A stretch of DNA of 64,000 nucleotides from Octopus vulgaris (Eukaryota): assembly GCA_951406725.2 (NCBI GenBank), contig OX597821.1, positions 46,624,001 to 46,688,000 on the forward strand. Direction: 5' to 3'. The position numbers and the translations under genes are program-made. A model generated the notes under the pieces. It ran no database searches and was not told where the DNA came from. It saw only the letters and a list, made by a program, of their open reading frames with translations. This document shows positions 1 through 12,218 of this stretch, piece by piece; the stretch's first letter is position 1; every line of letters starts with the position of its first letter.

Positions 1-480
1 GACAATTCTTTAATTATCTCCAGTATGGGAGATAAATATTTTTGGAAGATAAAAACTAAAATTAGTGTGGTCATATACAATATATAAGGCCTTACTTTAT
101 ATGAGTAAATAATATGGCTCCCAGCACTAATTTCTATTCTGAGCTAAAATGGTGCTATATTCCAAAGAACTGTATATACTGGAATATGAGACTTAGATGT
201 CTTATAAAAGGTATTGTTAAAGTAAATAACTAAAAAAAAATTTTTTATGAGAATCAGAACGGACCTCGTTGGGATGGTAGTCTATATCTTGTACTAGACT
301 GTTACTCTCAATAAGAAAAGCAATGATTTGTTGGGACATCCATTTGTAATGTAGTTGATCCCATCCTATTCAGACATATAGAGACATGTTGAGCAGAACT
401 TGAGTCAGAAAGGTAGAGTATCAAAATATAATTTTATCGCGATTCAATGAGAGATCCTATGTCGCATTGTTGCATGACTT

Positions 481-630
481 ACTACAAGTAACAACCAGAT
501 CTCCCTCAAATTACAAACTGTCATATGAAAAGGCGGAGGACACATGACATCATTAAAAATAAAGCTAGAATGCATTTAATCATAGGTTTGCGGAATGAAA
601 TCTGAGATGATCTGAGCTAAACAATAACCA
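481..630 (+). repeat. Old interspersed repeat (SINE/LINE 3'-tail-like), degenerate copy
   Basis: Motifs like ctagaaatagcagccaaatctccctcaaat ... gatcataggtct ... gctaaacaacaac recur in degenerate form at about 11480-11675, 15050-15250, 17170-17400, 17845-18010, 21790-21985 and 63070-63256. Confidence 0.55.
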
Positions 631-632
631 CA

Positions 633-912
633 CACTATCTAGGATAACATCTGGGATGTTATCTAGTTTACAGTCTTGTGTACCATATAGTATTATTTCC
701 AATATACTAACTGGTATATTATCCAGCGTACTGATTCATATAGTACCTAGAATACTGTCTTGTATACTACCTTCTAAACTTTCTAGTATACTATCTGAAT
801 ATGATATAGCATAGAATCTAGAATATTACCCAGCATATTATCTGGTATACTATCTCTACTATCTCCTACATGTTTGGTATACTATCTCTTTGCTACTTAG
901 TATACTATTTAG
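633..912. repeat. Degenerate ~12-bp minisatellite (consensus ~TATACTATCTAG)
   Basis: Periodic atactatc/ctag units, e.g. ctagtatactat ctgaatatgata tagcatagaatc tagaatattacc cagcatattatc tggtatactatc. Confidence 0.65.
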
Positions 913-2894
913 TTTCCTTAATAATATACCATAATCCTCGAAAACGTTTACTGCATATTAGGTAAATAAATTTGCTTTAAAATAGCAATCCTAGTTCGGT
1001 ATTGAAATTTATAGTTAATGAGGCATTTGTTCGTAGAGAGGAAATATCTGCATAAGAAGCTATAAATTGGAATGTATGCTAAGGGGAAAATCCGAAAACA
1101 AAATACAGCTTCAGCTACAAAGCATACTATAAACAGATAATTGATTAGTCTAAAAGCGAAAGTAATTTATTTAATTATGTCTAATTTAACTTTTAAAATT
1201 GAAGTTTTCAATGAATCCAGCATCGATCTACTGGACAAATAAGTCACATTAGGCAGTGAAGTAGAAAATAATAACAGGTTTTTAATCTAAGAGAAACGAA
1301 CATTAAATTTTAGAAATATGTGTTAAATATATTTCCAATAGACTTATTTGTAACGACAATCTCTCCTCGAACTTTGCTTTACTAATCACAAGAAATCCAA
1401 TCAAGCAGTATAATGATTTGAAAATTAAGCCAATTATCAAATATTTTTGTGTCTGCACCAGCAATTATAAGATAACGAGCCAAAAGAATAATTTTCCTTC
1501 TAGAATCACGAAGATTCAAAAATTCTTTTCTAACAATTCTGCTTTAAGCATAAACCCTTGTTCTAGTCATAATCAATGAAAAAATGTATCACAGATTTTA
1601 CGGCTTTGTTAAAATGAGTAAGTTGTATTACCTCAAGCAATATGAGTTACTTTTGTTGAAAACACGTACTTTTGGAAAATGCATTTCTCTATTCGCTCTT
1701 ATCTCCAGAGTAGATCAAGAGAGAAGTTCTCATTTGAATGAGATCACAACGTTATAGCTCAAACGAATCATTGATTAATGTACATGTTATTTTCAGAAAG
1801 ACTGCTGTTTATTTGCTACCTTGTGGCTGATGCTAACCCCAGTTACCGACATGCTTCATTTTTTAGAACTTCATGAACTTCCAATTATCTGTGAAATGAT
1901 CTCTTCTGAAATTAATTTTAGGATCCCAATCGTATTTTCATTTCGATATCGATGCATAATGAGAAATAGAATGCTAGTCTATCGCAGCAAGCTTTCCTGT
2001 AAAAGTGTGACAAATAATCTTAACAGTACAGTGCGCAGAAAATGTTGACTGAATGCAGCTTTGTCACTTTGAAAGTGTGACTGTTGAAATAGTTTCGTCT
2101 TTACAAATATGTAATCAATAACAGAAGCAATGGTAAGCAAATACAATGTCCATTCTCAGAAATGGGCATCAATTTGATAACTAACTCCTTCCAAACAACA
2201 TCTGAAATGTGGCTGGGTTGTGTACCACCACCTATAAGTTTTGGTATTGGAATCGAAGCTGTTATCAGTAAAGAATAGTCGAGTGAGAGATTAAGAAGTT
2301 TACTTCGGAATCATGAGCACCCTAATTTGCACAGGTTTCTTTTTGCATGCACTTTGGAAAAACCAAGTCATGTGAGTGAAACTGGATAGACAGAAAACAT
2401 ATAGAAACTCTACATAGTGGCTGCACTTGCATTTCAAATGACATGACTTCTTACAATGTGTCAATGCTGATACCACTTTAGGATTAATTTAAGGGTAGAA
2501 ACTTTAGTGTAAAAGCAAGTTCAGTTGATCAAATAAGTGAACTACTCATTGTCGAAACTGGCGGAAATTGATTTATTTTATTGCGACTAAAGGTACACAA
2601 AATTTAACGGACTCTCTCCTCTTGTACACCCACCCATTATCTTTCTATCTCTTACGATATTTTCTGTCTATATATATATTGTGAAAATATTTTCTCAAAT
2701 ATTCTCAAGGTCACCCAGAAAAGAAGAATAAAAAATGCGACCAACCGTGATAATATTCCTTCCAGTATACTTTAAAAATGCACCGCAAAACCTGCTCCTA
2801 TACTTCCTATACTCAACAAACCCTTTAGTCTTTCACATCCTACTGTGATAGAGACTGATATTTGAAAGTAGACTACAAAAAGCAAACCTTAGTG

Positions 2895-3400
2895 ACATTG
2901 TCAGGTATCTCATTGCCCTTATTTCTAACATCTTTAAGGTAAAGAAAACAGCCATTCACAATAACGCTCTACATCAACCTTAAGCGTTCTCCCTTCCCTC
3001 CCCTCCCTCTCTCTTTCTTTGTTGTTCTTCAGTAACCTCTAGTACGGATTTCGCAGCGCCGGGTTCAATGTTGATCAACTCTTTTTTTCATTCACCTGTA
3101 GGTTGTGGCTTTAAAAAAGTTTGGCAAAATCAATGTTGCTGCCTTAGACATCAGCAAAATATTCTCCCGTTTTTGGCTCACATAAATTCTATCAAACTTT
3201 CCCGGCTTCGATCCCCACCCATAATTTATCCCTTGGTTTTATAGTTTCCTATCACATCGCACAGTTGGAGCACATACTACATCAACCTTGGGGTTCAGTT
3301 CTAGCCGCCAACTCTTCCATCAATAACCTTATTGCTGTCCAATCCAAGAACGCTCACTTATACGTAGATGACTCGATCGTTTATTCTTCCCTAAGCTATG
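2895..3400 (+). pseudogene. Non-LTR retrotransposon RT fragment (Jockey/CR1-like), degraded
   Basis: Translates to QYGFRS, VAALDISKIFSRFW, WFYSFLSHR, GSVLA, HLYVDDS, matching the RT motifs QYGFR / LDISKAFDRVWH / PQGSVL / YADD. Contains stops and frameshifts. Confidence 0.75.
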
Positions 3401-3669
3401 CACCATCTAAATCAGAAGTTCTCAACCGTGATCCGTATGACCGTTGAGGGTCCATGTAAGATTTTGTTGTTAAAATTTATGTACAATCAATTGGTTTTAC
3501 TTCTACAATACACAATATATCTTAGCAATAGTTTTATACAATCCCTAACAGTATTCAATAATATAAACAAGATAGAATTTTTTAAGCACCGAATGGTAAC
3601 GTGGGTGCATCAGAGTAAAATAGTAATCAGAGAGGTAAAAAAAAATGGTTGAGAAGCTCTGTTGTAGAT

Positions 3670-3940
3670 GAACAGGACTACGCAGTACCGTCCAGTTCGG
3701 TGATTGGTATAATTTTCACTTCCAAAGTTGGGCGCTAAACCTTCCAGGTCCTTCCATTTGTATATCACTGGATACGTCTTTTGCGTCTTTTCTCTCGAAA
3801 CTAAAGGGTCAGTTTCTTTAACCTCTCCCAGTGGTTGATCTGTGTAGTGGAACTATATCTTTTGCAGCTTCGCAGATAGTTTGACTCTCTGCGGTGATCA
3901 TTGTTAGGAGAGGTGATTCAGGCGACTAAGAACGACAGTT
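3670..3940 (-). pseudogene. CR1/L2-group LINE ORF2 C-terminal fragment
   Basis: Minus strand reads NHWERLKKLTL..KRRKR..VIYKWKDLEGLAPNFG..RTGRYC, the same family as 10823-11440 and 22852-23905. Confidence 0.7.
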
Positions 3941-4013
3941 CTCCATGGGAGTAGTATGCATCTTTACTCATCATGTTCCTACGCGTAGCACAAACACACA
4001 TGTCTTATACAAA

Positions 4014-4470
4014 TTACAATGAAAGGAATTTTATTCTAGTAGTTGAATAAAATGGTTCAGTGGTAAAAAAAATATCATAATAAAGATCCGTAGTTGGGTA
4101 GGTGAAAGGAAATTTTGGGGAGATAGGGGAGAAATGAAACAATAATAAACTACTTAAAATTGTTAACTGAATATAGGTGAGTATTTGGTCAATAAAGAAA
4201 TGGAATTCAGGCAGCAAGTAAAAAGTATTAGATTTAGCCATTTTGTTTTTATTCTACTGGTTGCTTGTACCAATAACAATTTGTGAAATGTTTTTACTCT
4301 CTCTATAATTATGTGTGAAATTGTAAATTTCACACATAATAGTTTTATGCATGTATATCTATAGAAGGAATCATTATAAGATTATTTTTATAACAATCCC
4401 TTATGAGAATTACGTTTGGGGTTGGTATTAAATCAAATTTGATAAACTAAAATTGCATCGGCGGTTCTCT
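4014..4470 (-). pseudogene. Possible Penelope-like RT relic
   Basis: ORF 4014..4241 contains FYLLPEFH (cf. FYLLPKIHK) and FFIDQIL. Upstream LIPTP resembles KFCPTP. Heavily deleted. Confidence 0.4.
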
Positions 4471-4582
4471 TCTAATAACAGAAGTTGTTGACAATTACCC
4501 TTATGGTAATTCTCAAGCATAATTTTATGACACAATGTGACAAGGTTTTAGCTTTTGAATAATAATACAAACCACTCGACGC

Positions 4583-4747
4583 GTTCCTATACAGTTTCCA
4601 TCTGCCCAATCTCAATCACACAGGACGGGTCTACCTAAAGCTACAGAAAATGACTTTTACCAGAAATTCCGCGTAGTATGATCGATTTCGGAATCACGAG
4701 CCTGCGAAGCCAGTTTTCTTATATACATTTGGCTATGTTGTGCCTCC
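4583..4747 (-). mobile_element. Degenerate head half of tRNA-derived SINE family A
   Basis: cagtttccatctgcccaatctcaatcaca...aagctacagaaaatgac aligns loosely with the head half of the copy at 25680-25837. Confidence 0.5.
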
Positions 4748-4898
4748 ATAAGATTAAGTACATATGAAAGAAAACTGAGTTATACGGTTCTATTTGCGTA
4801 CAAGAACTGCTAAATTAATAAAATTCGCAAATAATCGCAAACATAAGATATAGAAATTGTAAAAAAAATATATTAAACTAACTATAATTTAACTGAAT

Positions 4899-5308
4899 GA
4901 CATAAGAATCGGATTAAAAGAACCTAGCAGAACACACTGTAAGCACTCCAGCTGAGGACCCGACTTCATTTACCGTACAGAATTCTCACAATAGACTCCT
5001 CTGCTACAAATTACATATATTATTACATATAACTACATTGAGATTGATAATGTAATTCTGAGTAGATTATGAAATAGCTGAAACATCTACAAAAATATGA
5101 AAATGTTTTGCCTCTTACCCCTCTTTGCTTTATATGACTATTATACATTCTGAAATGCAAATATTACAGTTTATATATCCCGGATTTTCGGTTGCTTGGT
5201 TATGTTAAATTACATTGGAATTTAATTATCTTTGGACGAGACAGACGGGTCCTCACCTGGAGTGCTTACTGGGGGATCTGCTTGATTCTTTTAATCCGAT
5301 TCTTATGT

Positions 5309-5309
<1 letters not shown>
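4899..5309. repeat. Inverted repeat with 64-bp arms (4899-4962 / 5246-5309)
   Basis: 57/64 identities by manual alignment. The right arm is followed directly by a (TA)n tract. Confidence 0.9.
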
Positions 5310-5310
<1 letters not shown>

Positions 5311-5374
<64 letters not shown>

Positions 5375-5375
5375 T
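5311..5375. repeat. (TA)n microsatellite
   Basis: Direct reading. Confidence 0.95.
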
Positions 5376-6764
5376 AAATTAGACATAAAACCACTATTAG
5401 GCAAATCAAACAATGAAAGACTTAAGCCAATACATAAAATTAATTAATTTATATTATTTTAAATATATATCAAAATTATTAAAAGTTTAATAATATATAT
5501 ATATATATATGGATAAATACATTATATTTGCACACGTGCACACGCGCGCGTACACACACATGTATACATAAACATACATGTGTGTGTGTAACTGGTATTA
5601 ATATTTCTCGTGTAAATAGTACTGTATGCTAACTTTTGAAATGGGTGCTTCATCATTTAAAGTTTCCTTGCCTTCATGTAAACCATGAGTGCGCCTATGA
5701 TAGATTCAATGAAACATTCCAGGATATGTCGCCGCTTTGCGTTATCTCGAATCAGAAGAAATACAAATAAAAAAAGTAAAGGAAAGAATATTATTTATAC
5801 TAAAAATAAGGTTAATCTAAACTTGTAATTCTTGAATCCAGAATCGATTAATTAGTCTGTAGTGTTGTGTCAAATATTGGAATCAAATAAGCTAGTGTAT
5901 AAATTAAAAAAAAAGTATAAGTTATTGTAATTCTCGTTATAATATTCCCACAATGCCGCAGTTGTTTAGAAGGTTAACAATAGGTGAAATTAACCACAGA
6001 TTGACTGTTATGATAGATAAAGCCCAATCCGGCTTGACATGTACTGCGAACGTCAAGAATGAAAGCAACTAAATACTGCAAGATATTTTGTCCAACATTT
6101 TATCGATTCTGCTTGTTTCCCGCTTTGGTTTCAAAAGTTCACAATCGATTAGACAGAGCTTAGTATTTGACTGGTACGTTATGTCTTTCTATCTTGGAAG
6201 GATGAAAAGTTACTGGCCTCCATGGGAGGTATTTTCTAAGTATTTACTGTTTGAATCAGTTTATTGTCAAGTTGGCCTTTTATTACACTCTTTTCTTGAC
6301 TTTTAAAGTTTACAACCCCCAGGCCTTATAGCAATCAATCAGTTTGAAGTTCAGCAGGTAATTTATCAACAACTAAGCAGTAATCCATAGCCTAAATTGG
6401 CGATCATCTTCGGATACTGCGAATAATCGACTATAAATTCCTTGGAACAGAATGCACTCAGTTGAAACAAGTTCTCCAATGCAGATATTAGAACGAATGT
6501 TGCAAAGCATTCTACTTATGTGACGGTCATACCTGAAAGGTTACATAATCTCTCAAAATTTAAGCTAGAAGACCAAAATGTGCTACTTATTTAACGTTCA
6601 GCGTTCGTATCAAGACAAGGTTAAGTTTATCTTTTATCTCTTCATTGGGGTTAATAAAAATAAGCACAAAATACCTTCCATTTACTGTTTATTTAATCTC
6701 CAATTTCCCGTTTAAAAAAGCATTTCACCGTGTATATCGTTAGAAAAAAAAATAGAGGACGAGT

Positions 6765-6867
6765 GTGAGAGGGAGAGAGAGAAAGAGAGAGAGAGCAAAA
6801 TGGAGAGAGAGCAAAAGAAAGAGAAAGAGCATGCATAAGACAAAGCCAAAGCCAAAGAAAGAGAGAT

Positions 6868-6931
<64 letters not shown>

Positions 6932-6933
6932 AG
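6765..6933. repeat. (GA)n-rich microsatellite
   Basis: Direct reading. Confidence 0.9.
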
Positions 6934-7462
6934 AAAAATCGATATATCAATTCAGATACGCAACAAAACTGAATTAGCGCGACACATATTGTATTCCTGA
7001 AAATATTCTGAGAGATATTTTCTAAAGATTAGAAGCTTTTGAAACTGTTTACACACCAATATAATAAAAAAAATAAAAAAATAAAATTTCTGTATTTATA
7101 TAAGAACTGTAGCCATTTACTAATAATGTATGCATGCAGACGCGATCTGAATAGAATTTTATTCTATTCTTAACCAGCTTACCAGCAACATCAATGTTTT
7201 CCCTGTTAAACACATTTAGTATAATGTATTTATTTATTTGGATGTTTTTTTATGCTTGTTTGGATGTTTCTATCCCCGTGGCCACATTGTCAAGTGTATC
7301 CACGCCAAACAATGGATCAATTTACAATGTTCTGCGATATTTGTAAGCAGGTTGTTGCTATTATTCTTTGCCAATCGTATATACTTATCTTTGTAACATC
7401 ATGTATGCAGGTACATAGAGGTACTATTATATTTACGTGTTGGCATACGCACATGCATATCG

Positions 7463-7498
<36 letters not shown>

Positions 7499-7504
7499 TC
7501 ACAC

Positions 7505-7541
<37 letters not shown>

Positions 7542-7554
7542 AGAAAACGAAAAA

Positions 7555-7915
7555 GGAGAAATTGATATTTAGACATTAATTTTTTAGAACATATTCAATT
7601 CCGAACAACACCAAATCCGTTGCACCTACAATCGTTTCCATGCCCAACTAATTCAATTTAAGACATTAAATCAAATTCTAATTGTGAATATCGTTATAAC
7701 ATGACACTCAGCAAAGCTGGGTATAACCAGGAGTTAAAGTATTATGCACAAAACCAGGAGTATTATGCAAAGTATAATGCACAAAATCACAGTTGCTCTA
7801 ATAACACGAGAGTTACTAACAGTAGCAATTATTTTAAAAGACTTAGTGGAAATAGGAATAAGGAGAGAAATAATAAAAATAAATGTCCAATAGATAACAA
7901 TGATATGTAAAGTTT
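7555..7915 (+). pseudogene. Penelope-like element, RT thumb/linker relic
   Basis: YLDIN..PNNT and YNMTLSKAGYNQELKY match PLE FLDVT..KPN / YxxALxxSGYxxxLxY, followed by an Asn/Lys-rich linker. Collinear with the GIY-YIG domain at 8465-8955. Confidence 0.6.
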
Positions 7916-7921
7916 GCAAAC

Positions 7922-8027
7922 TTACTGGCTACGGCGGTACATATTCTAAAATTGAAAAGATACAGAGAAGATTAGCATAGCCCTTGCGCAAGGATGACAC
8001 GCAAATTCTTGAAGCGTTCCATAATTT
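7922..8027 (+). ncRNA. U6: U6 snRNA full-length retrocopy (pseudogene)
   Basis: Ungapped 106-nt match with about 13 substitutions to the canonical vertebrate U6 sequence as I recall it. ACAGAGA box (7962-7968) and AGC (7974-7976) are intact. The 3' T-run is only TTT, no TATA box lies near -30, and the upstream DNA is TE-derived. Confidence 0.92.
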
Positions 8028-8030
8028 CTA

Positions 8031-8199
8031 GGCGCAGGAGTGGCTGTGTGGTAAGTAGCTTGCTTACCAATCACATGGTCCCGGGTTCAGTCGCACTGCG
8101 TGGCACCTCGGGCAAGTGTCTTCTACTATAGCCTCGGGCCGACCAAAGCCTTGTGAGTAGATTTGGTAGACGGAAACTGGAAGAAGCCCGTCGTATATG

Positions 8200-8248
<49 letters not shown>

Positions 8249-8464
8249 GTGCGTGTATGTTTGTGTGTCTGGTTTTCCTCCAGCATCGCTTGACAACCGA
8301 GGTTGGTGTGTTTACGTCCACTTAACTTAGCGATTCAGCAAAACAGACCGATAGAATAAGTACTAAGCTTACAAAGAATAAGCTCTGGGATCGATTTGCT
8401 AGACTATAAGGGCGATGCTCCAGCATGGCTGCAGTCAAATGACTGAAACAAGTAAAAGAGTAAA
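8031..8464 (+). mobile_element. tRNA-derived SINE family A, full-length, with internal (TA)n(TG)n
   Basis: A box tggctgtgtgg, B box gggttcagtc, tail gctccagcatggctgcagtcaaatgactgaaacaagtaaaagagtaaa. Homologous to 25378-25837 (-) and 36509-36909 (+). Confidence 0.88.
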
Positions 8465-8955
8465 CCAATTCATTGCTTCGTACATCTAATAAACCTCATA
8501 AAATTCATACTGAATATAATGATATAAATCAAAACAGTAATATGAATAGAATGGAAAATATATATTGTGATTGCAAAGTTAAAAATAACTGTTTGTTTGA
8601 TAATTATTATAAGCCAAAAAAAAAATGGTGTAGAGTGAATTCTGAGGGTAAGAATTTCTTTTACATCGGCGCATCGGAAAACTTTATAAAAAGACGCATC
8701 ACTAATCATAATCACACCTTTACTAATAAAAATAAGTCGTCTTCTACAAGCCTTAGCAAAAATAAAATGTTCATTGTGGAATGGGATATAATAAGCAGGG
8801 CCGGTGCCTATAAAATTGAAAATGCCTATTGTTTTCTTTTTGGGGAAGAATTATTCCAAATCCTAAATTCTAGACGTAGATTCCTTAACACCAAAAAAGA
8901 GAGTGGGTCATCTTCTGTTCACGCCTGTAAAAATGTTTTCAAAAACTACCATTAA
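8465..8955 (+). pseudogene. Penelope-like GIY-YIG endonuclease domain (degenerate)
   Basis: CDCKVKNNCL...FFYIGASENFIKRRITNH..TSLSK..WDII..AGAY...CFL..EE...FLNTKKE, the C-terminal PLE endonuclease pattern. It lacks the GIY half-motif and shows internal deletions. Confidence 0.8.
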
Positions 8956-9481
8956 ATTAAATGTAATGTCAATATGCCTAGGATTATCTTAGGATTAATA
9001 TGCTACAAATTGTAATTAAGAATATTAAATAATTCTTAGTAAATATCTTATTAATATTAAAATATAAAATAAATGGTAAATATAAATATAAGGTTATATT
9101 TACGGGTAACTGTAGAAGAAGTTACTAAGATGTTAATTTAAATACGTATCTTAGGAAGCTGTGATTATTATTTATCAAGAAACAGGTAATTTTAAGTTAA
9201 AGATACTACATATAAGTTAATAATGGTTACATTTTTATTAATTTTGATTTGTTGACATAAATGCTTTCCTCAGTTATGATCGTATGTATTCTCACTATCA
9301 TAAATATATATATTGTGCACACATATTGATGACGTAATATTCAACTTTGCTAAATAGTAAGCAGATTTGATTCGTCCTCGTCTAGTAACTTTCAACACAT
9401 TAACAAACGCATGCACAGATATATTAAAAAATATTACATATACGTAACTATGATAAATAAAAATGATAAAAATAAACAATG

Positions 9482-9548
<67 letters not shown>

Positions 9549-9549
9549 C

Positions 9550-9655
9550 TTTTCTACTCTAGGCACAAGTCGATTAGTTCGACCCCAGTACGTGCTTGAT
9601 TTATCGGGCCCCGAAAGGATGAAAGGCAAAGTCGACCTCGGAGGAATTTGAACTC
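9550..9655 (-). mobile_element. 5'-truncated SINE family B between two (AAT)n arrays (9482-9549 and 9656-9728)
   Basis: Core cccgaaaggatgaaaggcaaagtcgacctcgg..aatttgaactc, nearly identical to copies at 33.7-34.4, 57.8 and 62.2 kb. Confidence 0.85.
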
Positions 9656-9660
9656 TAATA

Positions 9661-9728
<68 letters not shown>

Positions 9729-9729
<1 letters not shown>

Positions 9730-9963
9730 GAGATGCCAATACACACAGATAGAAAAATTAAGGCCAACTGGCCAGATATAGTTGTCAGAGATCATGAAGA
9801 AAAGAAATGCTTTCTAATTGATGTATCAATACCAGCAGATGACAACGTGTCTCTAAAAGAAATGGAGAAACTTTCAAAATACAAAGACCTGGAAATAGTG
9901 GTAACTAGAATGTGGAATCTAAAAACAGAAACAATTCCTATCATAGTAGGTGCATTAGGTATT
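9729..9963 (+). pseudogene. R4/Dong-clade LINE, restriction-like endonuclease fragment
   Basis: MPIHTDRKIKANWPDIVV...CFLIDVSIP...EKLSKYKDL...PIIVGALG (PD..D..K REL motif). Clearly homologous to 51270-51500. Confidence 0.9.
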
Positions 9964-9974
9964 ATTTACGTAAT

Positions 9975-10274
<300 letters not shown>

Positions 10275-10604
10275 ATATATACACATACGTCTCTCTCTAT
10301 ATTTCTATATTTTTTTTTATTCAAGTAGTAACTTGTTTTACTAACTAAACTGCGGCGAAACTGGAGTACCACCATCACAGCTTTATTTGTCTATCGACTT
10401 AACCCCGACACACATATTTGTGAACCTATAAGTTGTGGGACTTTAATAAACATGCATAAACATGCACACGCACACACATACATAACACATATACATATTC
10501 ATTCACATGCACGCATTACACACACACATTCACGTCCACACACATCTATGTATGCATATACATGTATATGCACGAGCGTGTGTGTGTGTGAGTGTGGGTG
10601 TGTG

Positions 10605-10645
<41 letters not shown>

Positions 10646-10822
10646 ACACACAAGTTTATATCTGTACGTAAGGATTTATAAATCGTGTAAGTACATAGAT
10701 ATCAGTCACTCTCTCTCTTTCTCTCTCTTTCTATCTCTCTTTATATGTATATCTATATCTGTGTGTGTGCGTGTGAATGTGCGTGTGCGTGCGTGTGTGT
10801 GTGTGGGTCTGTGTATGCTCGA

Positions 10823-11440
10823 TTACTCTCCATCTTGTTGCAGCTCGACAGCTTTGCCCATGTCAAGGCACCGCTATTAACGTTACTTTCATTCTGTTTC
10901 CACTCTGTTCTCCTTGTTGCTGCTTTTCGCTTAATTGTCGCCCTCATTTGTGATTCTTGCTGTGGCATAAGTTCTTCAGGGCTCTTGATAACAAAAAAAT
11001 GTCAATTTCCAGCTTAAAACATCAGCACTTAATCCTAGTATATTTGTTTTAACATTTAGATCAAATAATTTAAGACTTCAAGACCTTTGAACCATAAGCA
11101 ATTACAGTATTTGATCCTGTCTCTAGATGGGTTAGGTAGGAACCTTTGCACTTAAGTGTCCAGTTCCAGGATAGGTATAATTTTACATCCCACAGTATTA
11201 GGTTAGACTCCTCAGTATATTTCATACGTGTATCACTGCATACTTTTCATAGTTTTGCTTCAGGGAGTAGACTTTCAGCTTTATTTTTCAGCCTCTTGCA
11301 GTATTTCAACTGTTTTATTAGCGTAAACTTTTGATATTTCAGCATTGGATAGGCTATTAGTTTGACGGCATGTGGGAGAACATATTTGGGACTAATATCT
11401 AGACGGTTAAGAACAAATGTCACCAACATTCTTTCCTGTT
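10823..11440 (-). pseudogene. CR1/L2-group LINE 3' end including 3' tail
   Basis: Minus strand reads KYCKRLK..LKVYSL..EKYAVIHV..FKLEIDIF..PEE..QESQMRA, then the tail gcggtgccttgacatgggcaaagctgtcgagctgcaacaag. Confidence 0.7.
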
Positions 11441-12170
11441 CTTTTGTTTTGAATAATCTCTGAATTTATTCAGGCAGAGTGGGAATCTTCTACGGAGTCT
11501 CTTGCCCTGCTGGAAATAAGTCAAATATCCTTCAATCAAGCCCTACTGAAGGTATTATATCCGTCTATGATAATATAGTACCGAATAAATTATACTCCAA
11601 ACACACGGAATGATCCCGTACTCACTGTATTTTATCACATGTCTACTCACTCATGACTTAGGACCAAACAATAAACAGTCTATGTAAATACAAACGCTCA
11701 TATTTGTTTTACAAGAAGAGATATTATCAGAATATGTTCCTGATTCAGACAAAATATAACGAGATCGAAAAGTCGATAATGTTTTTAGTTGATTCAGATA
11801 TAATTGTTACTCACCGAATGTGCTGCAAGGGCCGAGTTTTATGTACGAGAACATCGCAGATTGGGCAATATTTGCTACTTTCCAAATAACGCACAATACA
11901 CGTTTTGCAAACTAGAAACAAAGGAAAAAAAAAGAGTGATTAATATTTTAAAGAAGAGAATAAATCCGCATCATACTACTTACTAACCATTTCACTTTCT
12001 AAAGCATTGTCATTCTGTTGCAAAAAGAACAATTACATTAAACGCTAATCAAAAAATACAAAATGGCTTTTTACTAAATGCACATAGAGAGCGAAAATTT
12101 GTCCAATGATCACTGAATCCCAACACACACACATGCATAATATATATATATATGGCAAATGAAAGTGACC

Positions 12171-12218
<48 letters not shown>

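Noticed and set aside
960-2250. Microsatellite-free stretch possibly from a decayed transposase
   Set aside because: No diagnostic motif found by eye on either strand.
7922-8027. Functional U6 gene
   Set aside because: About 13 substitutions, no T4+ terminator, no TATA/PSE-like upstream region, and TE-derived flanks.
8473-8955. Stand-alone homing endonuclease gene
   Set aside because: Collinear with an upstream PLE RT relic, GIY half-motif degraded, no ATG start.
10753-10990. Host exon or Helitron N-terminus (MPQQESQMRA...)
   Set aside because: Better explained as the C-terminus and 3' UTR of the adjacent CR1/L2-group LINE.
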